NCBI RefSeq assembly: GCF_009834535.1 | Contig: NC_045696.1 | Location: 64,792,001 to 64,856,000, forward strand | Reading direction: 5' to 3' | Length of the DNA: 64,000 bases | Source of the DNA: Camelus ferus | Lineage: Eukaryota | Part shown: in pieces, positions 23,271 through 36,277 of the stretch | How the letters are laid out: every line of letters starts with the position of its first letter | Position numbering within the stretch: position 1 is the first letter of the stretch | Translations under genes and position numbers: made by a program | The notes under the pieces: generated by a model | What the model was told of the DNA's origin: nothing | Database searches by the model: none | The model's input: the letters and a program-made list of their open reading frames with translations, nothing else

Positions 23271-25439
23271 AGAGGTAGGTTTGAGGGGTTGGATTTGAAA
23301 GAAGAGCACGAACGCAGTTGTAGAGAACACACGATGAATGCTTTGGCTGCTTATGACTCTTCAGTCACCGTTACTGTACTAGCAGATGCTGTAGGGTTGT
23401 TGAGACATTGCGGAGGGTTTTAAACATCTGATTCGAAGCAGAAGTACTATGAAGTCTTTCCTCGCTCGAACACTCTGTGTCACGTCGAAGACCTCGTGTG
23501 AGGAAGAGCCAGCACGTTTTCTGAGCTGTAACGGAGGTTGGGGGACAGTTACAGAGGTGAAATAATGGTTGGTTATGCTAAGCAGCGGAAGGATTTTGAA
23601 TTTAGTTCCAAAGGTGCCTAGGAATACGAAAGTTGCCCTTTCGACTCTGAAGTCTTTAGGTAAGTCCCTGAGTACGTGTTGTTGTCATTCTGTTCTGATC
23701 CAGGAGGTCAGAACCGTGTCATTGGTGTGTAGCTTGAGCTCTACTAAATGGTGGGGAAAAAAATGTCAGCTTCTGAAGACTTTTCCTTCAGTGAGGTACA
23801 ATTCACTGTAAAATAGTAAAGCTCTTTAGCACACAGCTCTGAGTAAGTGGATAAATTGAGTGGAAGAAGCAACAATTTAATTTATGGGCCACTTAGTTAA
23901 CAGTAAGTCCATTTGTCATACTTAACAGCTCACTGTGCTCCTAATGCAGAGTTAATGTATTATACTTTGACTCATAGATTGATGTTGTTGGAAGGAACCT
24001 TAGAGACAGTTTAGTCCTGTTACAGACAAGCTGGCTGAAGTTCAAAAAGGGAACGTGCTAAAAGGCACCCGGTCTCAGAACTGGGTGTCTGAGGACAGCA
24101 GGGACCCTGGACTCCTGCCACCCATTGTCGAGGCACTTCCGTTTGTCTCCTCAATTTGTAATTCCCGTCATCACTTGTTGAGATGATTATTCTTCAGTCA
24201 TACTGGGAGTAATTTTATCTTGCAGCATCACTTTGTAGCTGCCATCCTACATATGAATTAGAGTAGCCTTTTGGAACTGACGCAGAGGACAGCATCCTTA
24301 AAGTGACTTTCCCTACATCTGGTGGTATGTCAGGAGCGATAAACTCTAGACATTCATGCCCCTCCTGTGTAATTTCGCCGTACCTGTGTGCTCCCTGTCA
24401 TTGTTTTTCTTTGAGTCAACATACTTAAAAAAAAAATCAATTTAGCTTTGTCCTGACAATTATATCTATAAAATCACAAGTTTAATATGCTGGGTTTTTT
24501 CTATTATAAAGATGGTTATTTTAATATAACCATTCTGTTTTAAAGATTTCATCAAGATGTCCCCTAAAATCATTTTGCACGTCATGCTTTGGGAAATACT
24601 AAACAAGAGAGACAATTTCAGCAAACTCCCTGCTAATGTAATGGTGATTGATAGTCATTTCTCCCCCTCCACCCTCCACATCTCACTACTAATATCCCAG
24701 TAACTTAAAAGAAAGGACACTAAATCCTACCTTTGTTCATATTCATATATATATTTTTACTTTCTCATGGAGAAGTAGTGGAGGAAAGAATTAAGAAATA
24801 ACTTGTTAGAAAATGAATGGTTCAGGTTACATTCATACATTAACTAAGGATAAGGACCTCCTGGCTAGAAAAGGTGATTAACAGAGTGTGTGAAATAACT
24901 ATTTCCTTCCTGCTGAAATATTGATCAGTTGTTTACAATTCTCATTAGCCATGTGAGATGTAAATAAAGGCTGCTGAGAGAGTTTTTCTTCCTGTAGTGC
25001 CACCAAGACATCCACCTAAACATAAACAAGCACAACATTGTAAATTCGGTTTTGGGGAACTGAATTGGTGGTATGGTTGCTTTTATATGATGGATGATAC
25101 TCCTGTTTGGTTTCAGATGGTGCTGGGAACAAACTGTCTCATAGACCCACTTTTTGCAATTGAGCTCGATTTACCGATGGAGGCACCCTTATTGCTAGAA
25201 AGAGACAAAAAGTCTTGATCCCATTTGAACTAGAATTTTTTAATTCTAATGAGTTCATGGTTCTCTCAAATACAGCTTTCTAACCAGGGTGCATAGTTTC
25301 TGTCCTTCAGCCCTAAGGAGACTTGTCATCTTAATCCAGAATGCGACAATAATTCTGATTGTCTAGGTGTGCCATTTTCATGACGTGAAAAAAGGCTAGA
25401 AAATACTGGACAGTGGAGAACAGGACCTCCAGTTTGCAT

Positions 25440-25660
25440 GGTGCCTGGGAGCTTAGAAAACACTTGAGTGCATCAGCGCTCTTGAGACACAGAGCATTTC
25501 TGTGAGGCAAACGTGATTTTCCCCTTATTTTAGATGAAGAAACCGTAGATGCGAGAGGTGAAGTGACTTGTGTAAAGTTCCACAGCATAAATGAGTGGCA
25601 AGTGAAGATTTGCAAGTGAAGTCATTACATTTTTAATCTAATGAACCTTCCACTCCGCTG
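25440..25660 (-). mobile_element. MIR SINE
   Basis: ccccttattttagatgaagaaaccgtag...gaggtgaagtgacttg. Confidence 0.8.
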
Positions 25661-26054
25661 CAGCTGCCTTCAGCATTTCAAACTTCCATATTATTAGATT
25701 ATGTAAACTCAAAGACACAAACCAATGATCTTTGGGACATAAATTTCATAAGAAGGTGTTTTGAATTAAAACACCATTCAGAGGTGTTCCTGACCTAATT
25801 TGTGCATTGCAGGATGAGATGGCACAGATGTGGTCCCTGCCTTCAGGGAGATCACAGTCTTCTGGAGCTAGAGGAAGTTACATATACAAACACCTTAATA
25901 CAAAGCAGCCTGGGATATGAATTATAGAGTAGGTATAGACAAAGTTCTATGGAGAAATAATAGAGAAAAGTTAAATTGAAATAAAGAAGGAACCAGGGAA
26001 AGGATTATGGGAGAAATGAAACTATGTTAATGATTATTTTTGTCATGGGTAAAC

Positions 26055-26421
26055 TTTTTGTTTTTGATTACTTATTTAAATATTGCTTATAGAGAAGTGC
26101 ATAAATTGCAAATATATAGCTTGGTATAATTTCACAAGGTGAGCACACCCATGTATCCATTATGTGGACTAGAAACCGAACATCACCAGCAGCCCCGTAC
26201 CCTTCTTGTGCCTCCTTCTAGTCAGTGCCTTCCCCAAGGGCAGCAGTTATCTTGCTTTGACATTGTAGATTTGTTTGTCTGTTTTAAAACTCTAAACGAA
26301 GTAATACAGTGTATGTTTTTTATGTCTGGGTACGTTGTTCAGTGTTATGTTTGTGATACCTATCCAAATTGTTGCTTGTAGCTTTAGTTCTGGTTTATTC
26401 TATTTATTTATTTATTGATTG

Positions 26422-26453
<32 letters not shown>

Positions 26454-26645
26454 TTGTCAATATACCATGCATTTATTATCCATTCTGCTGTGGGTGGTCA
26501 CTGAGTGGTTTCTAGTTTGTGGTCACTGTGAACAGTGCTGCTATGAATAATCTTGTACTTCTCTTTTTGTGAATGTGTATATGCATTACTGTTGGGAATA
26601 GTCGTAGGAGTGGATTTTCTGAGTCCTGGAATATGCCTATACTAT
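26055..26645 (-). mobile_element. Old L1 (L1ME/MD-like) 3' region with internal (ATTG)n
   Basis: agagaagtgcataaattg...aacatcaccagcagcccc...tatccattctgctgtgggtggtcactgagtggtttctagttt. Flanked by L2-like sequence. Confidence 0.8.
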
Positions 26646-26879
26646 AACAGCTTTTGATGAGGAAAAGTAAGGATGACAAAGGACTTCACTATAGAAGGGG
26701 AACCATTTACAAAGATCCAGACATGATGGGCCGCAGAGAGAATTCAGAGACTGATGAGCAGTTTAGGTGGCAGAAGTGCACTGTGTTTGAGAGCTATAGT
26801 GCAATGTAGATTTGGAGAGAGAGACAAGGAGAAAGGGAACATTTTTGACAACCCCTGAGCTATTTTACAGAAGGATAAT

Positions 26880-27426
26880 TGTATCAGTTAGAAAGCACTC
26901 ATCTGCAAGTCACAGAAGACTTCAGTAAGTGTCTTAATCAGATGGGTTGATTTTTCTCAACTACTAAGATGTCTGGAAGTAGGCATATTACTGACTTTCA
27001 CTTAAAACTCAACAAAGCCAGTAGGATCTAGGAGCTGTCTTTGCACTGTGGCATCCTAGCATGCTGTCATTTATATTCATACTTACTGCTTTATAGTCTC
27101 AAGATAGTTGCTGTAGCTCCAGATATCAAGTCTAAATTCAAAGCAGTGGGTGACAGAGTGATGTTAGCCACATCGGTTCTCTTTCATTAAGGAGTAAAAG
27201 TTTCCTAAACATCCCCACAAAGACTTCCTCCCAAGTCTCATTAGGAAAAGTGGGTGACCCTGGCTGAAAGTGAGGCTGGGAACTTGGGCATAGTATTAAG
27301 ATTGTCTTATATCAGCTACCATCCATTGCCTGAGACTAAGCATATTGTTGCCCTGAGAACACTGGCACTCTCTTAGCAAAGAGGAAATGGATACTACATA
27401 GGCAATTAAATGGGTTTTCTTTTACA
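26880..27426 (-). mobile_element. MaLR LTR (MLT1K-like)
   Basis: tgtatcagttagaaagc...ctgcaagtcacagaa...tctcaagatagttgctgtagctccagatatca...gaggctgggaac. Confidence 0.75.
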
Positions 27427-27579
27427 GTGTTGGCCCCAGAGGGAAGACTGGGTTAAGGCAGAAGGTTGTATGTAGTACAGAATTTTATATTCACATAGGA
27501 AAATTGGAATTTTTTATAGAGAAAATTAATATATCATTCCATATGATGATTTGAAATTCACCAAAGCCTTTTGTTACTC

Positions 27580-27639
<60 letters not shown>
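27580..27639. repeat. Perfect (TTA)20 microsatellite
   Basis: Directly visible. Confidence 0.97.
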
Positions 27640-29664
27640 GTGAGACGATGGGATACAGAATAATCAGATAATATCTCAGAGTGAACTTGCTATTGCAACT
27701 TTCCAGTTACATAGAGTGATTTTTTTCTTACCAGCTTTTCTAGAATAAAGTGAAACTAAAGAGCAAGCAAGCACTGTGAGCTGCTGCAATTACAGGCAGA
27801 CTGGTGTAAAGAGATTTCTATGATGCATAAATTAAAACACCCCATCATAAGGCTCACAGGTCCAAAATAGCCCCAATTTGGTTTTTCATGTGACTTTACT
27901 GCTATCTCTAACCTGCAGTTGTTGATTTCTGACAAAGTAATTTGTCATGAAATCAGTTGAATTAGTGCACTGAAGGACAAAGCGCTGATTGTGATGTAGT
28001 TTCAAAACCTCCCAAGTATTACACTAAAAGGAAAAGAAATGGTCATATGAGGTTCTTTTTGTTTTAAGCAAGTCTTAGAAATCAGATCAGTCTATAAATT
28101 CAGTTTCCTGACAATTTATTTCATACTGAAAGCAAAATAAGGTGCCTATTTTTAATTAATGTTCACAAAACATTCTTTTGTCTCTAATGGTTGTTTGTTC
28201 ATTATTTTGTTTGGTGATATCGTGGTATTAATTTATCAAGGGCTAAAGTTTTCTGTATTGAGTGGGACCAAAGAGAAAGAACAGAACCATCACTGTGTCA
28301 TCTCCAGGGTGATAGTGACACAAGTAGCACTAATGGACTGGGAGACTTCTGTTTCACACTAAGTGTGATGAGTGTCTGCTTTGTACAAGAAGTTTTGCTC
28401 AGAGAGACAGAGAGGGAAGGAATGTGAGTGTGGTTGGAAGGCACGATTCAGACCTGAGTTCAGCAATATCAAGGGAACTTTATTTTCATATGTGATTATT
28501 AGCAATGAGTGAAATGTTTCTATGTTAGAAATTGTTCCCCAGATTGTTTTATAATTATGGTGTCCGTTGGTCTGTTTCAGGTATAGAACCAGTAGAAGTG
28601 TTGCTTTTATTAAGAGGTAATTAAAGGACAAATTTCATTGTTCTTAGGGATGTTACAGATCCAGAATATAAATAGGCTTAGGAAAACGACATGTGAGCGA
28701 AAAGTTTTAGTTCACAGTTAAGTAGTTGGGGGTATTTGGGGAAGTGTTATAGACTACATTCTTATTATTTTTGAGATTTTTATCACAGAGTACAACCATG
28801 TTTTCTATCTTGTAGCCTCATTTGTCTGAAGCACAATACTAGGCTGAGTGTCCAATACCCTGACATTTATTCACTAATACAACAGAATATTTACAGAATA
28901 TGTCCCACTGTTATAGGTACTGGAGGTAGAGCTAGGAACACATTAAAATGTCTGACCTAATGCTTCTACATTTTTATAGAAGCATATTTTTTTCATGGTA
29001 TTTTTTTATGACTTAACTAAGTTGCCATACTTTCTAAGCAGATGAAATGCAAGGGATAAAATTAGAAAGACGCTTCAACTAATCTCAAACCAAGAGGTTG
29101 CACATGATATACAATAAGAATTGTATGTTTCTTACTTTTAAATTTATAATTAAATTCTAAATAAAACACTTTAAGCAATGCTACAACACTTGATTGTACA
29201 TACAGTACAACACCCTTCCAAAGGCCCAGCAGTGACTTGAATGGTGGGTGTAAACAGGGCAGAGTCCAAGTGTGAATATCTTCAGAGAGAAGCATGGTCA
29301 GACAGGTGAGCTTGAGCCTAGGGTAATGGCTTGTAGAGCTGAAGCTAAGGACTAGGCTAGGGGTGAGCACAAAGACGGGGTAAGTGTCTGTTTCATGTTT
29401 TGGTGTGGTCTTGGAAGGACAAATGGACAAAGAAGCAGGGGTTGGTGAATGAACAAAGGTCAGGCCTTGGAAAAAGATCAGGTTGAGTATGATCTACACC
29501 AAAGTTTTGAGTCAGCACTAGGGACAGCTCCCAAGGGCCCTGGCTGTTAGCTGCTGCAGCATCTAAGAGGAGGTGACACAGTAAATGCGTCTAGATACAT
29601 CTGACAGGTGGGGAAGTGACTGAAGCAGGCTAGTAGTTAGGCAGTGGGGAGAACTGTGACGAAA

Positions 29665-29890
29665 CAGGGGATTACAGAACTTGCCAAATGGAGAAATGGA
29701 GCAGCTGCTAACCAGCTCCAGCCAATTGGTTCTAGGCAGGAATGCAGGCTCTGTGTTACTGAATTTTGCAGAAATTAAAAAAAAAAAAAAATCCAGAGAT
29801 GTAGAAAATTTAGATATTTTAGGTGACATCTCATAATTTTAATAATTTTGGTAACTCAAAGTTAAATTAAAAAACACACTTGTAAACACT
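29665..29890. mobile_element. MER102-like hAT-Charlie element
   Basis: ccagctccagccaattg...aggaatgcaggctctgtgtt...gaaaatttagatattttaggtgacatctc...ggtaactca. Confidence 0.65.
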
Positions 29891-30039
29891 GCCATGGCTC
29901 CTGTTCCTTTTGAGACAATTTTGGTCTCAAGTGAAGGAGGCTGCATCCTTGTCCAACTATGAGACTTCAGTGTTTTGTCAGTGGCATAGCTAGTTATTTT
30001 ACTCCCTTAAGCCTGAAAATTTAAAAATATGAATTAGAT

Positions 30040-30750
30040 AATGTTTTCCACTGTCTGTACTCCTCATTGGCTTCTTTTTCTATTCAGAATAAAATCAAAA
30101 CTCTTAATAAGGCTTTCAAGACTCCGAATGAAGTGGGGAGGATATAGCTGAAGTGGCAGAGAGCATACTGAGCATACACAGGGTCCTGGGTTCAATCCCC
30201 TGTACCTGCTCTAAAAATAAATAATAAGTAAACCTAATTACACCCCTCCCCCCCCAAAAAAACACTTTGAATGATGGCTCTTTGCCTACCTCTGCAACCT
30301 CATCTTATCCCATTCTTCCCCAGCTCACTACTTCTAAGACATACTCTTTTTTTACTTCCTAGGACACACCAAACTTTTCCCACAGTAGAGTTTTATACAT
30401 TTTTATTTCCTCCTCTGGAGTAATTCCCCTTGCTGCCTGTGTCCACTGTGTAAATGGCTCATTCTTTCATCTAGAGATCATCTTAAACAGTATGGTCTCC
30501 AAGAGGCTTCCACTGATCAGCTAATCTCAACTGGTCCTCCAAGTTACTGTATTTATCATAGGGCCCTTGTTATTCATAGCGTACACTGAATGCAGCTTGA
30601 ATCTTTAAAAATGATTTGTTCACATACTAATTATCCTTCTCACTCATTTGGTTTTAAGCGCCATAAGGATAGGAAACTTGTGTGCCTTGGTCACTGATAA
30701 AACTTAGGTATCTAACACACAGTAGGCATTCAGTAAACATGAATGGATAG
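30040..30750 (+). mobile_element. L2 3' end
   Basis: cagaataaaatcaaaactctta...ttggtcactgat...taacacacagtaggcattcagtaaacatgaatggatagatga. Confidence 0.85.
30133..30260 (+). mobile_element. tRNA-derived SINE (vic-1-like) inserted in L2
   Basis: ggggaggatatagctgaagtggcagagagc...gtcctgggttcaatcccctgtacc...aaacctaattac. Decayed TSD aagactccgaatga / aacactttgaatga. Confidence 0.9.
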
Positions 30751-30832
30751 ATGATAGCTTAAGAGGACTTGAAAGATTTGTCTTTCAGGTGTTGATTTGG
30801 TGCTGAATTCTTTGGACCTAGATCCTCTAGAG

Positions 30833-31938
30833 CAGTGTTTCTCAAATTTAGGTGAGGTACCTCTCTAATGAAAACTATATTAATGACCATTTAGTGAAAC
30901 TTAAATTATGTTTATTATATTAAATATATGTAATATATAAAAATAAACATATATTTATAATATATTATAATAAAGATATATTGGAAAAAATATGTATGAG
31001 CATAAATATCTCTTGTTTAAAGCTCTTATAAAATACTGAAACCAGATAATTTACAGATTAAGTTATAAACAAGTCTATTCAAAAGCATTTCAATTCAAAT
31101 TAATATTCATTTAATGTTATAGGTGATGTTTTAATGACACGAAATTACCTCAGTTCAGATGCAGTTCTATATTTAATGTTTCTGTGCTCTTATTTTAATA
31201 ATACTCATACAGATAAGACCTGTTCACATAAGTATATTGAACAGAATTAATAATTTCTTGGTTTTGTTTGTTAATTGAAGGTATTTGACCTTATGCTTAA
31301 TCAAACCTCTGCCTGATGGAAAATCTAAAATGTTAAAATTAATTACATGTCATTCTAAAACTATTTTTTTTTTCACTTAAAGATAAAGGCAGTGTTACTG
31401 AAAACTACATTATGTTATGTGAACTAGTTGCTGGAATTGGGAAGAGAGAAATTTCTTATTGCACATTTGCTATTTGTTCTTACTGTGAATGAGTTGTTGC
31501 AATAATGGTATGCTCAGAGCTGGGATTTCTGTAATGCATCTGCCAGCAAAATAAAATGTCTTCTTATTGCTGAGACACAAGTACTTCTGAGTTTTCAAAA
31601 GTCATATGATTACTCTGTTTTTCTTTATTTGAACTAGCACAATTTTTATTTGATACATGATTTCATCTGACTTTTACTTTAAGTGAAACAGATCATAATC
31701 AAAACCAGAAACATTTATTCGAAAACTTTGTGTCAATAATCAGTTATAAAGTCATCATCCAGATGCTCCAGAATATGTCTATGTGCAAATATATAGATTC
31801 ATACACATATATACACATACATTTTTGTATATAATATATATGGGTATATATATGTATGTGTGTATACATATAAAATTTTCAATTTATATTCCCATGGACA
31901 CCCCCTACCGTACCCCTTACCTAATTTGAGAAACGGTA
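30833..31938 (-). mobile_element. hAT-Charlie DNA transposon, internally deleted, with transposase remnant
   Basis: Inverted ends cagtgtttctcaaatttaggtgaggtac / gtaccccttacctaatttgagaaacggta. Flanks ctctagag / tactagaa. The - strand at ~31150-31255 gives a degenerate YLCEQ..S.MSIIK..HRN.LNIE motif. Confidence 0.8.
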
Positions 31939-33419
31939 TACTAGAAGATCCAACTGTTCAACTCCTGGATGCCTAGGCATTGACTATGGTAGTTGGGATA
32001 CTAGACTAGTCTTGAAACATATAGGCCTAAAATAAAAATACAAATAAGATGAAACTCTATCTAGTAAATGCATTGTTGTCTTTGAAATGAACTTTGGTCT
32101 GGGAAAGGGCCACCAGTTCTAGGGACACCAGATATAAGGTTTTCCGGAATTGTGCTCCAGGAGATGTCATTCACATAAATACAATGGGAATAGCCTCCCC
32201 TGGGGCTGTTTAAGGCAGATCTGTGTGTTCAGCAGCGAGAGAGTGCTTGACCGTTTATCCACCTCTGATGGCAACTGTCCTCTCCTTCCATGCAGAGAAA
32301 CCTGCAGCTTTTCCCATTCTAGCTCTCACAGGCGATCATTATCTTTGGCACTAGCTTAAAAGAGAATTCCCCCTCCCAGAGATATATCACAGTCTAAAAA
32401 TTATCATCTTTATATAATGAACATTTCACATCAGAGAAGCTGCATTTTGCTTTTTGTGGGGACATGTGACAGGTGGTCAGCATAACTTGTGCTTCTGTCA
32501 CATGTGAACCTGGATGGAAGGGTCTGTGTGGTGTTTCAGAATGCATAGCGGGTTCTAGAGCAAGTTCTAGATCAATCAAAACAGATGTCTCTCTCTTTTT
32601 TTTTTTTTTTTTTAAGAAGAATGAATGATTTCCTTTGGATTAAAAGAGCATCCGATGGTTGGGTATTCTTTTGCATGGAAATCAGAATCTTTGCACCTCA
32701 GTGGTGATAATAGACAGAGCTCCCTCAGGGACATGCTTGCTTTCACAGTATCATTTCTCCCCTAGATACCCTTCCTCTGATCCAGCGAGACCAAAATAGA
32801 GTTTGCCATCTCATCTGCTTAACTAGGACAGCTGTGGGTATTGGTTATTCATTTATATTAGGGATGTACTCAGTTCTTCAGTCTTCTAGTCTCAAATTCT
32901 TGGATTTACCTTTGCTACCTTATTTTTCTTTGCTACTGATATATCATCTATTATTAAAATTTTTTTCCTTACAATGTGTATTATGCTACAAGTGACTTCC
33001 CAAGAATGTAATGGGCTCCCTCCCATCTACAGTAAAAAGGCCAAAGCCTTAAGCTTTGGGTTTATTTATAGTTCAGGTCTTACAGTAGTTCTTATTTCCT
33101 ACTGCTGTTTTGCATAGCCCGTGTGATTGTTACATGGGCTAGGTTCTCTGCCTTTGTCACTTAAAAATCTCGTTTCTCCTTTAGGCATATAATGTATATA
33201 TCTGTCTGTCTATCTGTCTATCTTTTCAACTTCCTCTCAATTAATCCAAATACTGTTCTTCTCTCAAGCTATGCCTTAACCACACTTCTGCTTGTTGGCA
33301 ATTGACGATACAGTGGTCAATCCGTGGTGTGAATTATTTTCATCATTTACATACACAGCTTATCACGCTAATTCATCCCACTATTTTAAGAGTCATTTCT
33401 CCTTCTATTAGTCGTGTAT

Positions 33420-33990
33420 GTTAATTGAACTGACATTTACTAAATACTTATGAGTTGTTTCATTTTATCATCTTCAGGAGATAGAACCACATGAGACATA
33501 ATTCTGCCCTAAGAGATTCACAGTGTGCTAAGAAAAATAAGATGTTTTCATATGCACCATTATGTAAAGTTTTTGTTTTGTTTTGTTTTGCTTTGTTTTG
33601 CTTTTCATGGCAAGCAAGTTACATTATGAAGGGCAGTAGGAGTTCAGAGAATGAGAGATGACAGTTTGTGGTGGAATGTGAATCTGCCTGAAGGAGGTGG
33701 CATTTGAACTGGGCTTTGAGACGTGGGCAGAGAGTTGATGTGGGCAGAAAGGGAGGATTCCTAGAAGAGGAGTAAGAAGAGCTTCAGCATGTAAGTGGCT
33801 GTATGTGAGGAAGGCAGAGATCCATGGGGCGCTCAGGAATGAAGGAATGCAAGTTCACTGGCAAGTAGAGCTTGTAAAGATGAGTAGTGAGTGACAGGAC
33901 TGGATACATAAATTGCAGCCAGGTTGTAGAAGATTGTAAGTTCCAAAGTATTTATACTTTAGACAATGGTAAGTTGGAAGCTTTGAACAT
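33420..33990 (-). mobile_element. L2 remnant
   Basis: gacataattctgccctaagagattcacagt...gaaggaggtggcatttgaactgggctttga. Confidence 0.7.
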
Positions 33991-34744
33991 GGAAATGAAT
34001 CAGTCTGTGTTTTACTGCGCACATTTTGTCTTTCCAACCAGGTTCGATGCTACTCATTTTGAGAAAATTACATCACATAAATAACAAGGAATTGTTAAAG
34101 CTCTTTCACATTATCTCTATTATCCTATTGAAAGCTTTTGAGAATTATATCATTATTCTTTTCTTTTACTGAAGAGGGGAGTATCTCAGAAAGTTTAAGT
34201 AATCTGTACAATGTCACAAGGCTACAAAGAACAGTTAGGAATTTAACCATATCTTAAGATTGACATTCCAGGCTTTTCTTCTTTGCCATGGTACCTGTCC
34301 TCTTCTCAGTTGAATTTTACTCTTCCAATAAGATCTTCATTAAATAAAAAATTAAATAGTAATTCATAGTAAATGTATGTTATTTTTCTGACATGCATTT
34401 TGCTTAGTTCCTTTCAAATACTAAAATACTAAGGATGCAATCTCTTCTGTGACTGGGGTTCAAGACCCCAGTTTGGCAGCTTATACTGACCCCTGTAATG
34501 AGGTGCAGCGTCCTTGCCGTCCTCAGGAGTGATGGGCTGGTGTGTGATGATGACACGGTATTAAACTGCTGGGCCCAGGAGATTCCATTAGTTATGCAGA
34601 TTCTAAAATCACCCTGCCTTCTTCAGATGGCCTCTTTGCCTCTTCATATGTAAACAAATAAAAATATGCTCAGTAGGCTTTAAGATTTATTTTCATGGTC
34701 TCTGATTAAGAATAGACCCTGAGAAGAACTGAGCATCACACATG

Positions 34745-35250
34745 GTGGAGTGGTGTGGATGCTTTTGACTAGAGTTTATAGAAAATATGACTCAATATGG
34801 CTTAAGTACCAAGAAGATTATCTGCCTCGTTTTACGGAAATATCCAGAGGTAGACTGGACTTCAGGGCTGGTTGGTTGAGTGATAGAACTGTCTCATCAA
34901 GTACTTGATTTCTCTGTATTTGCAGCCATCTACCCTGTGGTTGGCTTCAGTCTTAGACTGATTCCTTTTGTGGTCATAGGTAGGATGCTGCCTGAAGCAA
35001 GCGGGGACCATATACAGTGGGACAGTCTGTGTATAACTGAACAAAAATTAAAAAAAAAAAATCTCTGTGACCAGAGAATTGTTATTCATTAATTGATATA
35101 GACTTAGTTTATCTTAAACAAGATGGGTAGGATTACCTTGACTGATACAGATTATTAGGATTTAGCCCTAAAACTGGGGGATAATGGCAAATCCATTCAG
35201 AACAAAATTGCTGCTGTCTGTGATACGTCAGGATAAATGACATTTTGTAA
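34745..35250 (-). mobile_element. MaLR LTR (MLT1J/K-like)
   Basis: gaaaatatgactcaatatggcttaag...tccagaggtagactggacttcagggctggttg...gttggcttcagtcttagactg. Confidence 0.65.
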
Positions 35251-36277
35251 ACCATTCAAGCCATTTATGCTTTTTCCAACTTCAAAGAGATTTAAAAAAC
35301 TGATGTCAGCAGACCTCTACATAAAATTTGTTTTGGAGTCTGCTGCTGAAGTCGCCACTCTGCACTCTGCAAATCCTACAGCCCTTTGAAGTGAAATTTC
35401 TGTTACAGACAGTATTCTGAGGAAGACATGCAGTGAATGAAAATTTCATCTCTCAGCGTTATAGTTACTTCATTTTTGGGGGGAGGTTAACTTCAGCATG
35501 TTGTTTTAGAAAAATAAATCAAGCTTATGGAGCATTAAACAGTGCTTCTCTCTTCCCTGCTTCCACGGTTAGAGCTAACCAATTATAATGTCATCTCCTT
35601 TGGTTTAATTTTAAGTGGATAGTGGAGTAATTAATCTGTGTTAGCTCAACATGTAGACAAAGAAGGTACTTTGATCAGTCAATAGCAGTTGGCAAATGTC
35701 AGAAGATAATGCAGTTAAGCTGATTTGGATTCCCTTCTAAGTTTCAAAATGTGCTGACCCCCTTTTTATTTTTTATTTTTATTTTTTTCACATAGAGTGC
35801 ATCGCACGTGGCGTGACTGTAGACATCTTTAGCTGTGTCCTGTATTGCTAGTGATTAGGACTTTGGGCAGAAACTTTTTAAGTTGGTTCAGTTTAGGGAG
35901 GGTTGAAAGAGATCTCGATGTTTCCCCATTGTAAGGTATCTGCTTTCTGCATTTAGTAATTACTCCACTCAGTCGGCAACATTATTTTAAAAATAGTTTA
36001 TTCTTTTATTGTCTCTATACATGGCAGCACCATTTGCCTCAGAATCCTCTTGGTAGGAGGACTCAGCGTATCCTTTTTCCCACTGGTGAGCCCAGAAGTC
36101 ATACTTTTTTTCCCTCCATTTTTAAAAAACTGTTAAGTTTTTTTTTTTTTTCACAAATCTTTTCTACACTGAGTGATGTCCTAGAATTAGGAAGTTATGG
36201 ACTCTCGTGCTGACACTCAGTACCGTAATTGCATCTGGGGGAGAAGGAAGGAACTTAATGTTGAGATTTAAAGTGTA

